Source of the DNA: Bugula neritina
Lineage: Eukaryota > Animalia > Bryozoa
DNA length: 64,000 nucleotides
Reading direction: 5' to 3'
Assembly (NCBI GenBank): GCA_964035545.1
Contig: OZ037770.1
Span: 11,242,463 to 11,306,462 of the forward strand
A model generated the notes under the pieces. The model saw only the letters and a program-made list of their open reading frames with translations, was not told the origin of the DNA and made no database searches. The stretch's first letter is position 1. Each line of letters opens with the position of its first letter. Shown here piece after piece: positions 1 to 34,000 of the stretch. The position numbers and the translations under genes were made by a program.

Positions 1-621
1 AAGTTCTTTCCAAGTTTTGAATAGCAGAATCACACACGTTGTTAAAGTTATTGTTATGGAGCTTGCAAACACTACATCAGTTTGAACATTGAAATCAATT
101 GGCATGGATCCAAAGACGCTAAAACAGTAGCTCCTAGTGTCAGAGGCTAAGAAAGCAGCCATTACAATAAAACTAACTATCCAGATTGCTCCAAGAAAAG
201 CTCCTAAGTTGTTAAGCACTTTGTCTGTCTGTACATTGAATGGTCGGCATATGGAAACATATCTTTCATAGCTACCAGTTACCAAGATGAGATTTCGAGC
301 CAAGTATGTGGCAAAACCAAGTATGTTGATTATCACTTGATACACTAGTACCTCTTTATCGAAGAGTTTTACCACAAGCCTGTTCAGATCACAGCTAACA
401 AGTAAAGTAAAGATTGTACCTGTGGCTATGTCTGAAATCCCAATGTTAACTACGACCCAAAAATACCCATTTCTCTTTGACTTGTCCAAAGTTTTCAGCA
501 CAATCAAGTTTAGAATGTTGCATACAACACTAAACATGTTGAGTACCATTGAGGTTGTAGGAATAGTTGAATCAGCACAGAGTTCTGTTACATCGTCACA
601 CAGGAAACTGTTGTTCTCCAT
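1..621 (-). CDS. Rhodopsin-like (class A) GPCR, N-terminal part (TM1 to about TM5); runs off the window edge
   Basis: Manual translation from ATG at 621 is open for 207 codons to position 1: MENNSFLCDD...NMFSVVCNILNLIVL (TM1) ...VVNIGISDIATG (TM2 Asp) ...TGSYERYVSICRPF (E/DRY motif) ...GAIWIVSF (TM4 Trp). N-glycosylation sequon near the N-terminus. Likely 5'UTR splice acceptor near 663. Not in the ORF track because no stop lies in the window. Confidence 0.85.
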   Translation of the reverse strand, partial: MENNSFLCDDVTELCADSTIPTTSMVLNMFSVVCNILNLIVLKTLDKSKRNGYFWVVVNIGISDIATGTIFTLLVSCDLNRLVVKLFDKEVLVYQVIINILGFATYLARNLILVTGSYERYVSICRPFNVQTDKVLNNLGAFLGAIWIVSFIVMAAFLASDTRSYCFSVFGSMPIDFNVQTDVVFASSITITLTTCVILLFKTWKEL

Positions 622-1319
622 CTTCTTGCTGCTAGTTTTTAGGAGTATCAAGTATACAATTTCTGAAAGATTTTATTTCGAGCAGCTTACAAGTTCAAGG
701 TGTTTCAGCTTGAAGTCAGTTCATCAAATATAATGAAATAGTCAGAAATATATTGTATACTTTGAATAAGTAAAATTACTCAACTTGAGAGAAATGTTTT
801 AAAATAATTAAAGTTAGAGAATCAATTTTTTGAGATTGTAAAGCTCACTGGAGGTCATGTACAGAAATGTTTTGTTTATTATATGTAGTAAGATTTTATA
901 GTTTATATATAAGATATTAAGTTAACATAATATGTCGCCGTAGGTTGAAAATGTAATTAATATCATCACTATAATGGATAGCATAGACATGCAGTCATCT
1001 TCTGCTGGTATGTTCAAATCAATTATCTACATGTATGTTTCATTTTGATTTTGTAGAAGGCAAATAAGAGCTAGCCTGACAAACTTATGGTTACTCTCAA
1101 AAGTATGCTAATATACTTGAGGTACTAGAAGGTTGCATTTATGTGCATTCTTTATGTAGCGAAATGTTCCGAGACACAACTGTCTACCTATGATCAAGAA
1201 GTGGTGATGGGCTGTGTACTGACTTATTATACTGAGACTGTGAATTCTCCTTTCTAGCTTTCATATACATTGATGAATATTATCTAACTGACCCAAATTA
1301 AGTTTTTTGGTAAATTGGG

Positions 1320-1455
1320 CCAAGGATTTATTCAAATAGGACACAGGAGAAATTACGACTGAATGCTTTTCCTTACATCACCAACGGCGTTTGTCGGGGT
1401 TCAAACCCATGACTTTCGTGTTTATTAAGCAAACGCACCAACGCCCATAAACCAT
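1320..1455 (-). mobile_element. tRNA-derived SINE, family A (diverged copy)
   Basis: Reverse complement aligns with 56654-56790 (AAACAC..AAAGTCATGGGTT.AA..CGACAAA...TTGGTGATG..AGGAA..GCAT.CAGTC). Confidence 0.7.
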
Positions 1456-1594
1456 GGTTATACTGATACCATACATATATACTGTGATACATATAATATG
1501 AGGTGATTATTAATACTTGTATGAATATTTTCTAACTGATCCAACATAAGTTGGGTAACGCAGCCATGATTGAATACTCAAGAACTTGCTGTAT

Positions 1595-1847
1595 TAAACT
1601 ATATTTTATATTCCTATATATATACTATTCAATGCTACATAAACTACTATATGCAAGTGCTTTGCTATGTTAGCTATATACACTACCATATCCATGTACT
1701 ATTCTATGCTATACACTACTATATACACAAGTGCTATATTCAATGCTATACATTATTACATACTAGTGCTATTCAACGCTATAATTATATTAATACATAC
1801 ACAAGTGCTATTCGATTCTATACACTACTATATATATATATATATAT
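1595..1847. repeat. Degenerate tandem repeat (…ACAAGTGCTATTCAATGCTATACACTAC…)
   Basis: Recurring GTGCTATT / ATGCTATACA blocks ending in a TA run. Confidence 0.75.
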
Positions 1848-3612
1848 GTAAGTGCTTTGCTATGTCTCATGTATCTGCAAATAATGCACTGTTTGTTGAT
1901 TACAGAGAGAGAGAATAAAGTATAGTTGGGTGTCATCAGAAAAAGGCGATGATTGAACATGACATATAGTGGATATGATGACCCGAGAAGTTGTCTTGCC
2001 ATGCTCACAAACCTCTGGTGGGATCACATATATTAAATTATGTGTGTGAAAATGTCTATAGTATAATATGTTTAATAATTAAAGATCTATTCAAAATGAT
2101 CAAAATAAGATTTTTTTTCAAGTGTAGCTGTCGATGTTGCGGAATCTACACATAAATCAGTGATGTCATCACATATAATGCTGCTGTTATCCATGACTCA
2201 AACTCGTCAAAAAAGACTAGACTCAATAATCTGTGTATAAGTATACCTACTTTACTCGTTTAACTAAAAACTTATAATTTTTACAGAAGATTTATATCGA
2301 TTTTGTGACAAGATGTTCAAGTAATACAAAGTAAATTATTATACTTTCAATAATTTAAAACCGAAATGCGGCAATCAGCCGTTATGCTATATTATTGGTT
2401 GAAACTGTTGTATTATATAACTTGCTATGCAGTACGTAGGTAATTGAGTTTTTGCAGAAAAGCAACACTTTTAGCATAAACGGCTCAACATATTAGTGCA
2501 TAATTTGAGCATTACCATGCAGCTGCATATATTAGGATGCTGACAGATATTATACTGCATCAGTCTTTCTCAACTATAATAGGCATTTATTTTCATATTG
2601 TTGTCAGCAAAGCAAAGAAAACTTTAACAAAGCAAAGTTTGAGTTTTAAGTCGTTGCTCAGCTATAAAGCCTAGGTCAACATAATTTAAAATTATTACCA
2701 AAATTTTAAGAAAATTTTCACTTACCAGGTTTAAATGTAAATCTGCTATACAAAATCTCACTTAGAATGGATGTGTGCATACACCTGATTGGTTAGTAGA
2801 TACTATTGTAAACCAATAGTATACTTGTATTTTTAGAAATATGTATTGTACACTTTTATGCGTTGAAGTATATTATATATGTTTCAAAGTACTTCTTCCT
2901 ACAACTTGAAGATATGTAAAAATAAGCAATTAATGTATAAATAATTCTGCTAAAAATGATGTAATAAAGCATTACTATAAAAACCCATTCTCTCCAGTAT
3001 TTTAAAATCTAGTACGTGCCAAACGAAATAATTTTGCATGAATGCTTTTCAGTATGTAAAAAATATTCATTTTAACAATCATTCTAGTAACTAGTAAATT
3101 ACTAACCTTACCAGTTAAGAATTTATAAGTTATGTGACATTGATCAAACAATGAGAAAGACATCATGTCATGACTCAATGTAGTTTAATTCGCTCTGCCT
3201 CAGAATACGGATGCGTCTATCTTTGATTCTGTAAAGTCTAGAATCAGTGTTTATGTAATTTACTTATCTCAGTATATCATACTGCTGTGACGAATTCTAC
3301 ACTTGCTGTTGAGTTTTGGTATATAGCTCAGCAACATAACTCAGTGAAGTTATCTCCCTCTCCTTGATATACATTTCTCTAATCAGGTTAGTCAAATCTG
3401 CACTTTAATCAATATTTTATCTTTTAATAGACTTTTTTGTATTTATTTATCAAAACTAGAAATACCTTGTGCTCCAACTGCTTAAATTTTTTGTACTCAA
3501 CTATTGGTCAGATTACATAATAGTAATATATCCATCAGGCTGCATAAACACTATTGATTCTTTCAACTTTGATTTTAAAACAAATTTTTCCATTACTTTT
3601 ATAGTCTTAGTG

Positions 3613-6579
3613 ATGGGTTTTCTTGGTAGAATTTTTATAAGAAGATCTCAAAAATCCTTTGCTGATGATGGAAGTGGTGAGGCGACAGTCAAAAAGTAAG
3701 TTTATCTTACAGACTATATACAGACTATCTTGCAGTATTTAGTTATTATATAAGCTCTAATTTCAACACAGCTTACTTTTGCTAGAGTTTGTATATATGA
3801 AGAATAAGTTAAAATAAATAAATAAATAAAAGTTTGGTTAATTCCCTTTAGATATATTCCTAAATATGTTACAAAAGTTGCTGTAAGCTTCTTACAAAAA
3901 CAGACAAACCCTGAACATTAAGTGATTTATTTTCAACAAAGCTTCCTTTTGTTGAAGTTTATATATAAAGGTTAGGCTACCATAAATGGATAAATAAAGG
4001 TTTGGTTGATTTCTATTTAGATATATTCATGAATATGTTGCAACAGTTGTTCAGCTTCTTACAAAAGCAGCATGCATAAAACAGATAGACCGTAAACATT
4101 GCATGATTTGAAAAACATGAAGGAAAAATAAATAAACCAGAACTTTATGAATTTATAAAATATTCTCTACCATTCTCTTTGCTTTTTATCTGCTGTTGTT
4201 TATTTATTTATATTTTTATTTAATGCATATTGTAACAACTAATTTGATAGAAAATTAAATAGATTTTTGTGTTTTAGGCTAGAGTTTGGGGTGCCTTTGA
4301 AGCACACTTTCAAAAACAATGAGGTCCCAGCTATACTTCTGGTAGGTATTTGTATTATACACATAAACTGTACAACACATACACTGACATATCTATATCT
4401 AGTACATTATACACATGGTTTATTCAATTTAAAACTAACCAAATTATATTGCAGAACATCTTCATTAAGATTGCCCTGAGTGGCATTGCACAAGTAGGGG
4501 TTTTCCGGCAACCCGGTAGCGCAGGTGAAGTACGTCGTCTGTCAGATGCCCTGTCAACAGGACAGAAGTTCGACCTTGAAAGTCTGTCTGTTCACACATT
4601 ATGTTCTGTAGTGAAGGTAGGATAGTTATTTATAAGTCATAATTTATTTTTAACCCTTTGAGAGCTCATCTTGTTAATTTATAACTATCCACAAAAATGA
4701 AAAATAAAACCAGTTTAAAATTAACACTCCATGGCTTGAGTCTTGAAAAAAAAGACATGAAAGCTTCAACTGGCTGCTACTACGACAGGTACTAATATTC
4801 AAGCTAAAAAGTGTACTTAGTTAACTTTTATCTAATTTTCATTTGCTATAAACGCCCATGAGCCATATTGGCAATGCAACAAAACAGTAACAATGCTGTA
4901 CAATGCTGGTGTAAGTCTGCTATATATAGTACAATTTGTTGGTGATATTATATTACATTACATTACAGAAGTTTCTTCTCTCCATACCTGGTGGCCTTCT
5001 TGGTAAAAAATTTGAAAAGAAATTTTTAACTGTTGTGAACACTAAAGAATCAGCAAAAAGGAAAGAGACAATCAACAAGTTAGTAGATTCAGTTATAAAT
5101 TATATAATTATATTTAAATTGTGTTAATTGCTGAACATCCTATAAAGTGCCATGCACGTCGAAAATTGGCTTCATTCACTTTCAGAGTATATTTTAAGCA
5201 AATGCATAACATGTCTCATTAAATATTTTCTTAATTTTTTTCTTTACCTTTCTGTATTTAAATCAAATTGTAATTTTACAGACTTCTCATGTCTCTCTCC
5301 AAGCCGGTCAGACAACTTCTGACGTTAATGGTGGGACTCGCATATCTTGTATGTAAGCGTCAAAACCTGCCATTTGAAAGTTTGGCTAAATCTATTGTGG
5401 GATCTTTGTTTGGGTGAGTGCCTATAATTTAATTTGATATCATAATTAACTTTTGTTTTATTTAATATGAAACCAATACAAATAAAAATTGTTTTTTGAA
5501 ATAATAGTTTATTAATTTATCTGTTAAAATATTCATAGCAGTTTAACAATTTGCATATACTGTATGCTACATCGATAATTTGAATAATTTAATAGGAACA
5601 GCAATAATGATCCTTGTAAAATCAAAAAAGCAGTTGAAGTAGTGGAGCTCCTAATGAACTATTTTCCACTCACCTCTGTGTTTGGTCTCGAGAATTTGAA
5701 TCAGTTTGCTGATCTGACACAGACAGGGTCTGTGAAGAATGATATGTTCCAGTTGACAGGATGTGATGATGGAGATGCTAAACCTATGAAGGTAGTTTAA
5801 CATTCTTTTTAATCTTGTTTTCTACATGTTCTCATATTATATAATATGAATCACATGCAACATATTGTTCAATGACTATAGAATCATCTTCATTCTAGCC
5901 TACTCTGCCATTCCATGAATTCATAAAGTTATATAATGAAGAAGCAGAAAAATGTATGATGAGAAATTTGAAGCGTCTGAGAAAAGTATGTTATGATTAT
6001 GCAAGTTCATGTCTGCCCAACTTTGCGGCTGTTTTTAAATTAAAGTATTGCAATAATACTTTACCCAAAACAAATTTATACGGTATTTTTTTAATTTCAA
6101 AACTGTCTATCATTATTAAACTTATTAAACTTTTTCACCAAATTAAATTATATCATAATTTTAGTTTTCTAGTTGCAATTTGTTATTGTGACCTGTTAAT
6201 TCCTATTCAGCTGCTGCATGTATTGTCTTTGAGTCTTCTAATTCTACTCATTCTACTATTCCATATTCTACTTCATGTTTTACTCTGTCTATTCCAGCGA
6301 TCTGATTGGTTCCTTGACCAATCAAAACAGTTTGCTGCATTACACCAACAAATAGTAGTAAAAGTAACCACCAGCTCTGATATTCTACCGTACAATCCTC
6401 CTAAACCAACCACCATCTCTGCCTCATCTCCTCTCTTAGAGAAATATCCACCTCCTCCATATCCCTTTACTCTCACCACAACCAACTCTGAACCTGTACT
6501 TCCTTCATATTTACAATTCACCTTTCCTGCTGATTTCCATGGTCCAACCAGGACTACCTCTGCACCAAGCTGCTTCTAA
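3613..6579 (+). CDS. RhoGAP-domain protein, 8 coding exons, ~371 aa
   Basis: Phase-consistent GT-AG exons: 3613-3695, 4278-4341, 4455-4616, 4969-5078, 5282-5413, 5596-5791, 5899-5985, 6298-6579. Motifs: FGVPL, VPAIL, GVFRQPG (arginine finger), HTLCSVVKKFLLSIPGGLL, and a C-terminal PPPPY. A splice acceptor precedes the ATG, so an upstream exon is possible. Confidence 0.85.
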
Positions 6580-7846
6580 CAATCTCACTACCTCATCTTT
6601 TGTGCTTCTCATACATACACCATCTTCCATAGTCTGTGTGTTATTATATTCTAAATTAGTGACCATTTTTGGACATTGACTGTTACATATTGTCATTCAT
6701 TACAAAAATTACTGTGATGATTAAAAAGGTTATTTTAAAACTTTAGCTCTTAATTATAACCTGTGTTATATTTAAATAATTTTGAGCCACAAATCCACAA
6801 TATTATTTTAAAATTTAAATCTTACCACCCAGTGCTTCAAGACATCTAATTGTTGCTAATTCTCATCATCTGTTCAACAAATATATTCATCGTATTTGCT
6901 CAAAGTTAGTTTGTGTTTTGTGTTGCGGTTGAATATTGTCAAAGATTTGAAAAGGGGATGTCAATCGCATGCTGAATGTGAATTTTTGTTGTATAATTGT
7001 TGTAAACTTATGCTGCAAATAAATTCATCCTGTGGGTAGTTATTAAGAGTTTAATGCTTGAACATCTGCCTCTTTGTAAGACAGAGAGAAAAGGGTATGT
7101 TAATAATTCCAGAGGTATATTGTTAGCTTGCAACACAAAAAGGGTCTAAGCCTGACCCCTTACAGAAGTGATAAAAAATACATGAGTATTATAAGGTTGA
7201 TTACTATTGAACTATACTAGGAAGCACTAAAGTCTATTTGCCTGCGGGGAGGCATTGTATCCTCATTATATATTCCTGCGCAGCATCTCCGTATTGGCCC
7301 TTCACATTACAGTGACTACAGTTGGTGGCCAATTTGGATTAATCAAACGAATAGCCAGAGGATTACATTACTGATGGCATGGTAGTAAAATTAGATAAAT
7401 TACCAAGTAGCACCCGAACTCCTTGAAGGATTTTTACAGCGGATGCCTAAATCCACCACAATATACAACTATTTATGCTATTCCAGACATGTAAAAGAAT
7501 AAAATGATTTATGCTTGAATATTAAGAACTAGACTTTTAAATTCATAACATAAACACTGAAAATGTTGTGAAGTTTATAAATATGTATATGTTGCTAGAT
7601 CTGTTTCATATTTAGACAAAACCATTCAAATCACAGCAACAGTAAAATAGAGAGGACTACAGAAATTTGTAAACTGAACTATAAGTGTTGCTGAAAAATA
7701 GAACCAGATTACAAAACACTGACTGGCAAGTCAATGTCATGTCCATCACTTTGAGATAGAAACATCAAAAAGAAACAACATAGGTTAACTTAATAAACTA
7801 ACTTTGAGAATCATAAAGAAAGTCAACTCCACAAACTTTGAAGAGA

Positions 7847-28047
<20,201 letters not shown>

Positions 28048-30119
28048 ACCGAAAGCTGGAAAATTTTGTTTTCTAAATTCATAAAAATTATATAAATGAG
28101 CCGAATGTTATGAGAGTAACTTCAGTAGATGTACTCACTTCCCAATTTCCTAAATTAACTATCAAAAACTTATTCCAACACTTTAGCTAATAGCTATGAT
28201 ACACCCAAAAGCTTTGTATTGTGCTTATTTTATAAACTTCCTAAATTATATAACACATGCATTTTATGGAAGAAATCCATTGCAACACTCATGCAGCTTC
28301 ACCCGACCAGAGTTTATCTATATGCAATCAATTTCAACTTTATATAATATAAACTTCATTCCAGTTACTAATTGTCTATCACTTACAAATCACTCTGTGA
28401 TGTAGCAACATCACTATGCGGTGTAGTACTGTTTTGAGCAAACAATAACCACCTGTAAGAAAACACATTTAAGCGAACTATATGTTGAGGACAGTGAGTG
28501 ATATTTCCGTAAACTTACCTAACGGTGGAGCAGAAATTGTACTACAGCATAGTAAAGGTAGGACATAACTAGTGGCACTTGTTGCTTTTCTGTGCAAGAA
28601 AGGAAAGACAAACCTACAAGCATAGAACTAGAATTAAGTGTGAAGCTATGATGAGATGAGGCAGGGATTTGATTGGCCAATGATATCACATGTTAGATGT
28701 TGTTAATCAGACCTTATAATGTTCAATACATTATTGACCAGACAAATATAGGTATTATTATATGGCTGCAAGCCATTTTATCTAACCCACCGATCTTGTA
28801 AGCTGATAAGCATAATCGACCCCACCCCCCCCCCCTCAACAGCTGCTACATGAATTTCAGGTTACAAAAAGCAGTTCAATCAACTGAAATAGGAAGTCGA
28901 AAGCCAAGATTAGATGAGCAGTTAAAAGCATCAAATAATTTACTTTGACAGTGCATAGAAATGAGTGTCTGTATGGTACATAATATAAGTGTGTTTTATT
29001 TTTGATAGACTTGTCTGCTTGCTAATTCCCAGTCGACTGGCACAAAGAAATAGCTAAATGACTTTTAATAAGAATGTTGGGAAATTGCTTTAAGCAGCAC
29101 TGAGTAGGAGGTGACTAAGTGCAGTGGTTCAGATTGGGGATTCCAGAGTTTGGGTGCATGCAAATACTGTACTCGGGCACCAATAACTCGCAAGCTACTT
29201 TGACTTTCAGAATAATTTGTACCAATTGGTTGAATTTATTTTTTGACTTTCAACATGCTATGTAGCTTTAAAGTTAAGACAGCTTCCTTTATAGGGCCTT
29301 TGCTTAAACTATGCTTATATAGTCCAACATATTCTTTAAAATAACTGCTTGTCTGGACTAACAGAATCATAAAAAACTCTTCTCATGTGACTGGGTATAT
29401 AGCGAGAATACAGTCTGGTTGCATGAGCATACACCCTATTATCTATGCAGTCCATGTTTTAATCAGTTTTTTATATAATAACTTTGGTAAATTGTTACCA
29501 AAGATATGGCTAACCATTTAGGCGAATAGCAGTAGCTTATTATTTGTGGAAATTTGTAAAAATTGTGTTTATATTACATATAGTCTTCTATTAAAATCTG
29601 TTTTTATAGTTGAACCGCTTTAAAATCAATGCTCTCATTTTATAAATATGATAAATATGAAATATTCATCTTTCTGACTTCTTACAAACATACTTGACGA
29701 ATAGAATATGTTGAATTTATTGTTATAGTGTTTCCATATTGTTATTTGGCAACACAAGATAAATAGAATAAGCTTGGAGTTGTTCTTTCTTATCGCGAAA
29801 GCTCACATATAATTGTTTTAGCAGTTTGAAACACGTCGGGGCAATACTGAAACTGGATACGCCTCGCAACGAAAATGTGCGTGCAGTGAACAGTACAAAG
29901 ATTGCATTTCCGTTCTCTGTTTTGAGAGATCAGCCAAGCTGAGCAGTTCACAATCACCATCACATTCAGTTTCACATTGTTATAGTCAGTGATTGCCAAA
30001 GCGCCTTAGCTTGTGCTAAGTTAGAAATAAACAAAAATAACTACGTCATCAACTCCAAGTATCAATATTAAGTTACAATCTTTATAAAAATAGATATAGT
30101 ATAACTATATGTATAAGAT

Positions 30120-30625
30120 TAAGTATATAATGATAATCATAATCATAATATAATAATATTAATAATAATATTAATATTATTATTAATAATGATGAAAAAA
30201 ATAAAAATAAATTGTAATAATAATAGTAATACTAATACTAATTGAGTAATAGTACTATTAGTATTAGTATTAGCATTACTTTTATTAATAGTAATAGTAC
30301 TAGTAGTACTACTATTACTATTAGTATTATTATTATTTTTTATTATATTATTAGTATTAATTATAAAATTAAATTGTTATCTATTATATTAAATTTAATT
30401 ATTTAGTTTAGTAGAACTAGATAACCAACTCATAATCATAACTAATATTGATAATCGACTTAGTAGTAGCAGTAGTACTACTACTAGTAATAGTTAAATT
30501 GTATTACTATTAGTATTTATATTAAAACTATGAGTATCTTAATCATTAACGATTATCAATATCAGTTAGTTGTACTACTTAGTAGTAGTAGTAGTAGTAG
30601 TAGTAATAATAGCAATAGTAGTAGT
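30120..30625. repeat. AT-rich low-complexity (TAA/TAG)n tract
   Basis: Runs of TAA, TAG and TAC triplets. Confidence 0.9.
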
Positions 30626-31025
30626 TTGTGTCAGTATTATCTTCAAGTTTTTCAGCCTAAAACTACTGCTAATAGACTTTTATTGGCAATCTTTCTCTTT
30701 GAAGCGCTTAGTCTATGCATTCATTTGGTGTTCTAGATGTAAGCTATTTTGAAACATAGTTCTGATTTTGTCGTATATGTTTTGTTTCAATAGTGAGACC
30801 TCATTATTTTATTGAGATTATATTTTAATACCGAGATTTAGTTTTAATCAATTTGTTAAGGTTGGTCTGTTGCACTTCGTTTATATCATCCATTGTAACC
30901 ATAGATAAAATATGTTTAATTGTTTCTCCAAATTCACCGATACATCTATGTAAAAAAATCAACCATATTAGTTTTACTAGACTGTGTTATTGACTGCGTA
31001 TACAAAATATCTCCAGATGTGAGGG

Positions 31026-34000
31026 ATGCCAATGGAAGGTTTTACTCCCTCCCCTACAGATGCGGATGATCCCGGGCTTATAACTATTGACGAGATAGAT
31101 TGTACTGCAGACAATGAAGAAGCTCCTAGATTGATAGTTGTTGGTATGTGCTATGATTTCTATTCTTTCTAAATTAAATTGCTGCTAATGGCTATTATTT
31201 GCTTGCTTGTAGATAACACCCTTGGTTTTTGTACCTTTATAACTGACCCTTTTTTATAAAATTTTTTTCTACTGTTTAGAGTTACATATATTTTAAAAGC
31301 AAGAACCAGGGAAATAAATTTAGTCCAGCAATAAGAGATACCAGGCAGAAAATATTTGTTATATATTTGAAATAAAGTTCTTTATGAAAAATTGTTTTAA
31401 GTAGCTGCCTAGTCTATCAGTATGTTCTTTAAATAATTAAGATATAATGAGTAGTTTGAATAAACTGACTTTAGGCCTGAAATCTAATAAAAATAGAAAT
31501 ATTTGATTATAGGGCATTGTATCAAAATTGTGATAAAAACTCAGCAGCATGAAATACTAATTCCCGTTAACATTGTAATTTATGACTGGTTTTTAGACGA
31601 AATAAAGGTGACTAATAGTTACAATGGCCGTGTTCTCAACAATGAAAGCAAGACTGGTAAGCCGACTACGGAAAAGTGTTCTGAAAGTCAAAATGAACTA
31701 CTTGGCAAAGCCAATACTACTACAAATCAGTCTATGACTAGCTCAAATACTCAAAGCCTCATGGAATCTCAGCCGTCTTTAATCACAAAAACTCATAATA
31801 TAGCTGACAAGGAATCCACACAAGTACAAAGTAGCCTGCCGATACCGGTGACTGCCCCGTCAGCTCCACGGGCTACCGTCTCACTCACACTTCCTGCTGT
31901 GTCATCATCAATAACAATGTCAAGGTCAACGGCATCACCTGCCCCAACAATACAGATTGCCAACTTACCACCAGTAACAATTGCATCAACACCGACGGTG
32001 GTTGCATCCTTATCACTACCTGCCACATCATCCTCAACCGGCTCTACCTTGCAAGTAGGGTCTATGAGCAGCTCAGCTACTAATCTTGTGGTTAGCAAAG
32101 AATCTACTAAACTAGAGCCAAATTTACAGGAAACGGAATCCGTCAAGCAAGTGGGCGGGTCGACTCAACTGGCAGATGAGTCAAGCCAACAGGCAAAGGT
32201 ATCAGAGTCTAAGAAAATAAGTGGCGACATGGCAAGTAAAGTCGACACTGTGAAGCCATTAAACTTGATAGAAAGTTCACAGGCTGTAAAACCTGTAGGC
32301 AATGAAAACAAACACCCAGCTGATGTTAGCCATGAGAAGGAAGACGGTGAAATAACCTCTGATGATGAACCTGTAGTAGTGGCGAGTAAAAAGCCCGGAT
32401 ATCGTGCAAGATCTGCTCGCGTCAGATCCTCGAATAGTGAACGGCGAGATGGACATGCCTCTCGTCGTCATTCGCCCAGAAGTCATGTAGCTTCTAGGAA
32501 GGAGCCAGCGACTAGTAAAGATTACCGGTTTTATAGTTCGAGAAAACGCTCTTCTAGTCCGAGAAAGCGTTCTCCGGATAAGAAGGTTACGACAAAGAAG
32601 ATACAACAGAAATCTATTGTTGGTGAGTAGTGCAACCTGTAAATAAAATAGATGAGTACCACTGCGTTGTACCTGTACATTGTACAAGAATAAAGTTACG
32701 CAAGAGAGAAAGGTGTTGAATTGTCAACTCAGCGTATCTTCTTGATTATTCACTGTTGTGAATTCTACTGTAACAATTAAATATATGGTAGTATATTTTT
32801 TCATGGGGAGATTAAAGAATAGGGATGAGAGTAGAGAGTGTAAAATTAACCATCATTTGCGTTAAGTTGGCATTAAGTCAGTAAATGATGTTCCTAGGAG
32901 TTGTCTTCCTAACATAATAATTCGTTTGTCAAAGTGTGATTGAACGTATAGCTGATGTGGTTGTGTTATATTCATTCTAGAAATACCTGAGGAAGTCAAT
33001 GAGAGCTACACTGAGTTATTAAAGGAACACAGAGTATTTCAACGGATTGACGTGGTGGAGGTAACTCTTAATCATCTTCCTTGGCAATGCTCTGTCACCT
33101 TTTCAGTTCAGTCTATTCTGTTTTAGTACTGTATAGTCTAGTGTCTTCTGTTTGATTGAAACTTAGCTTGAAGCACAGTGCTCTTTCCGTATCTCGCAGT
33201 TTACATTTCTCACGAAATTCCATAGGTCATGGAGAGGGCTTGGGCCACGTTTTGTGGCTTTTGTGTCTGTGTATTATAGAGACAAAATGGCCAATGGGTT
33301 GAATCTGGTATTCTACTATGCCAGGAGTTGAGGTTTAGGACCTACAGCTTAGTGAAATATGTATATAAATGCTTTGCTTGTTGGCTAAATATTGATGGAG
33401 GGCAGGCTATGGCAACATTAGTATCATAAACTGGTGTATAATGCATACATTCTAGAGTCTAGACTGAGTCACCATAAACTGATATATACTTTATACATTC
33501 TAGACTGAGAAAATGCTGACTGTAAGTAAATACCAAAAAGAGAAGAAAAAATTGTCGGATAATTCTACCGCCAGTGCTGCTGCTGTTAGCGTTGCTGCTG
33601 CCAGCACACCAACTACGCTGACTGCTGCCTCAACTTCTAGAGACAAGTCTTGTTCAGAGCCTGGCGTAAGTAATATTGTAGTGTGTCTGTTGTTGCTGCC
33701 TTCATGGTTGCCTTCATGATTGCCTTCATGATTGCCTTCATGGTTGCCATGTTTAACTTGAGTAGCATACATGTCACACCCACTCTTGAATTCAATTTGG
33801 TGTGTTTATAGTAATTTGAAATATAAATACTATTTTGTTAATTCAGCACTGATATTATAAAAGCTGAGCTTTTCAGTCCAACACCTTGGCTGTTCTACCA
33901 GCAATTTTGAAATCTTTCAAAGTGCCAGGGTATACTGCTTTGAAGCAAATACATTTATTCAGTTTAAATTATCTGACGGTAGGTGTTAGTTCAGTATTTG

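Noticed and set aside
422-733. 103-aa plus-strand ORF
   Set aside because: Antisense shadow of the GPCR.
5956-6297. Hydrophobic N-terminal part of the 207-aa ORF, suggesting a membrane protein
   Set aside because: Mostly intron (5986-6297) between two in-frame RhoGAP exons.
6273-6696. Minus-strand ORFs with a GYGGGG stretch, considered as extra ZNFX1 exons
   Set aside because: Antisense of the proline-rich RhoGAP last exon; no RZ-finger motif, and downstream of the ZNFX1 stop.
28860-29980. IRF/ISRE-like GAAA motifs upstream of ZNFX1
   Set aside because: Only partial matches, expected by chance in AT-rich DNA.
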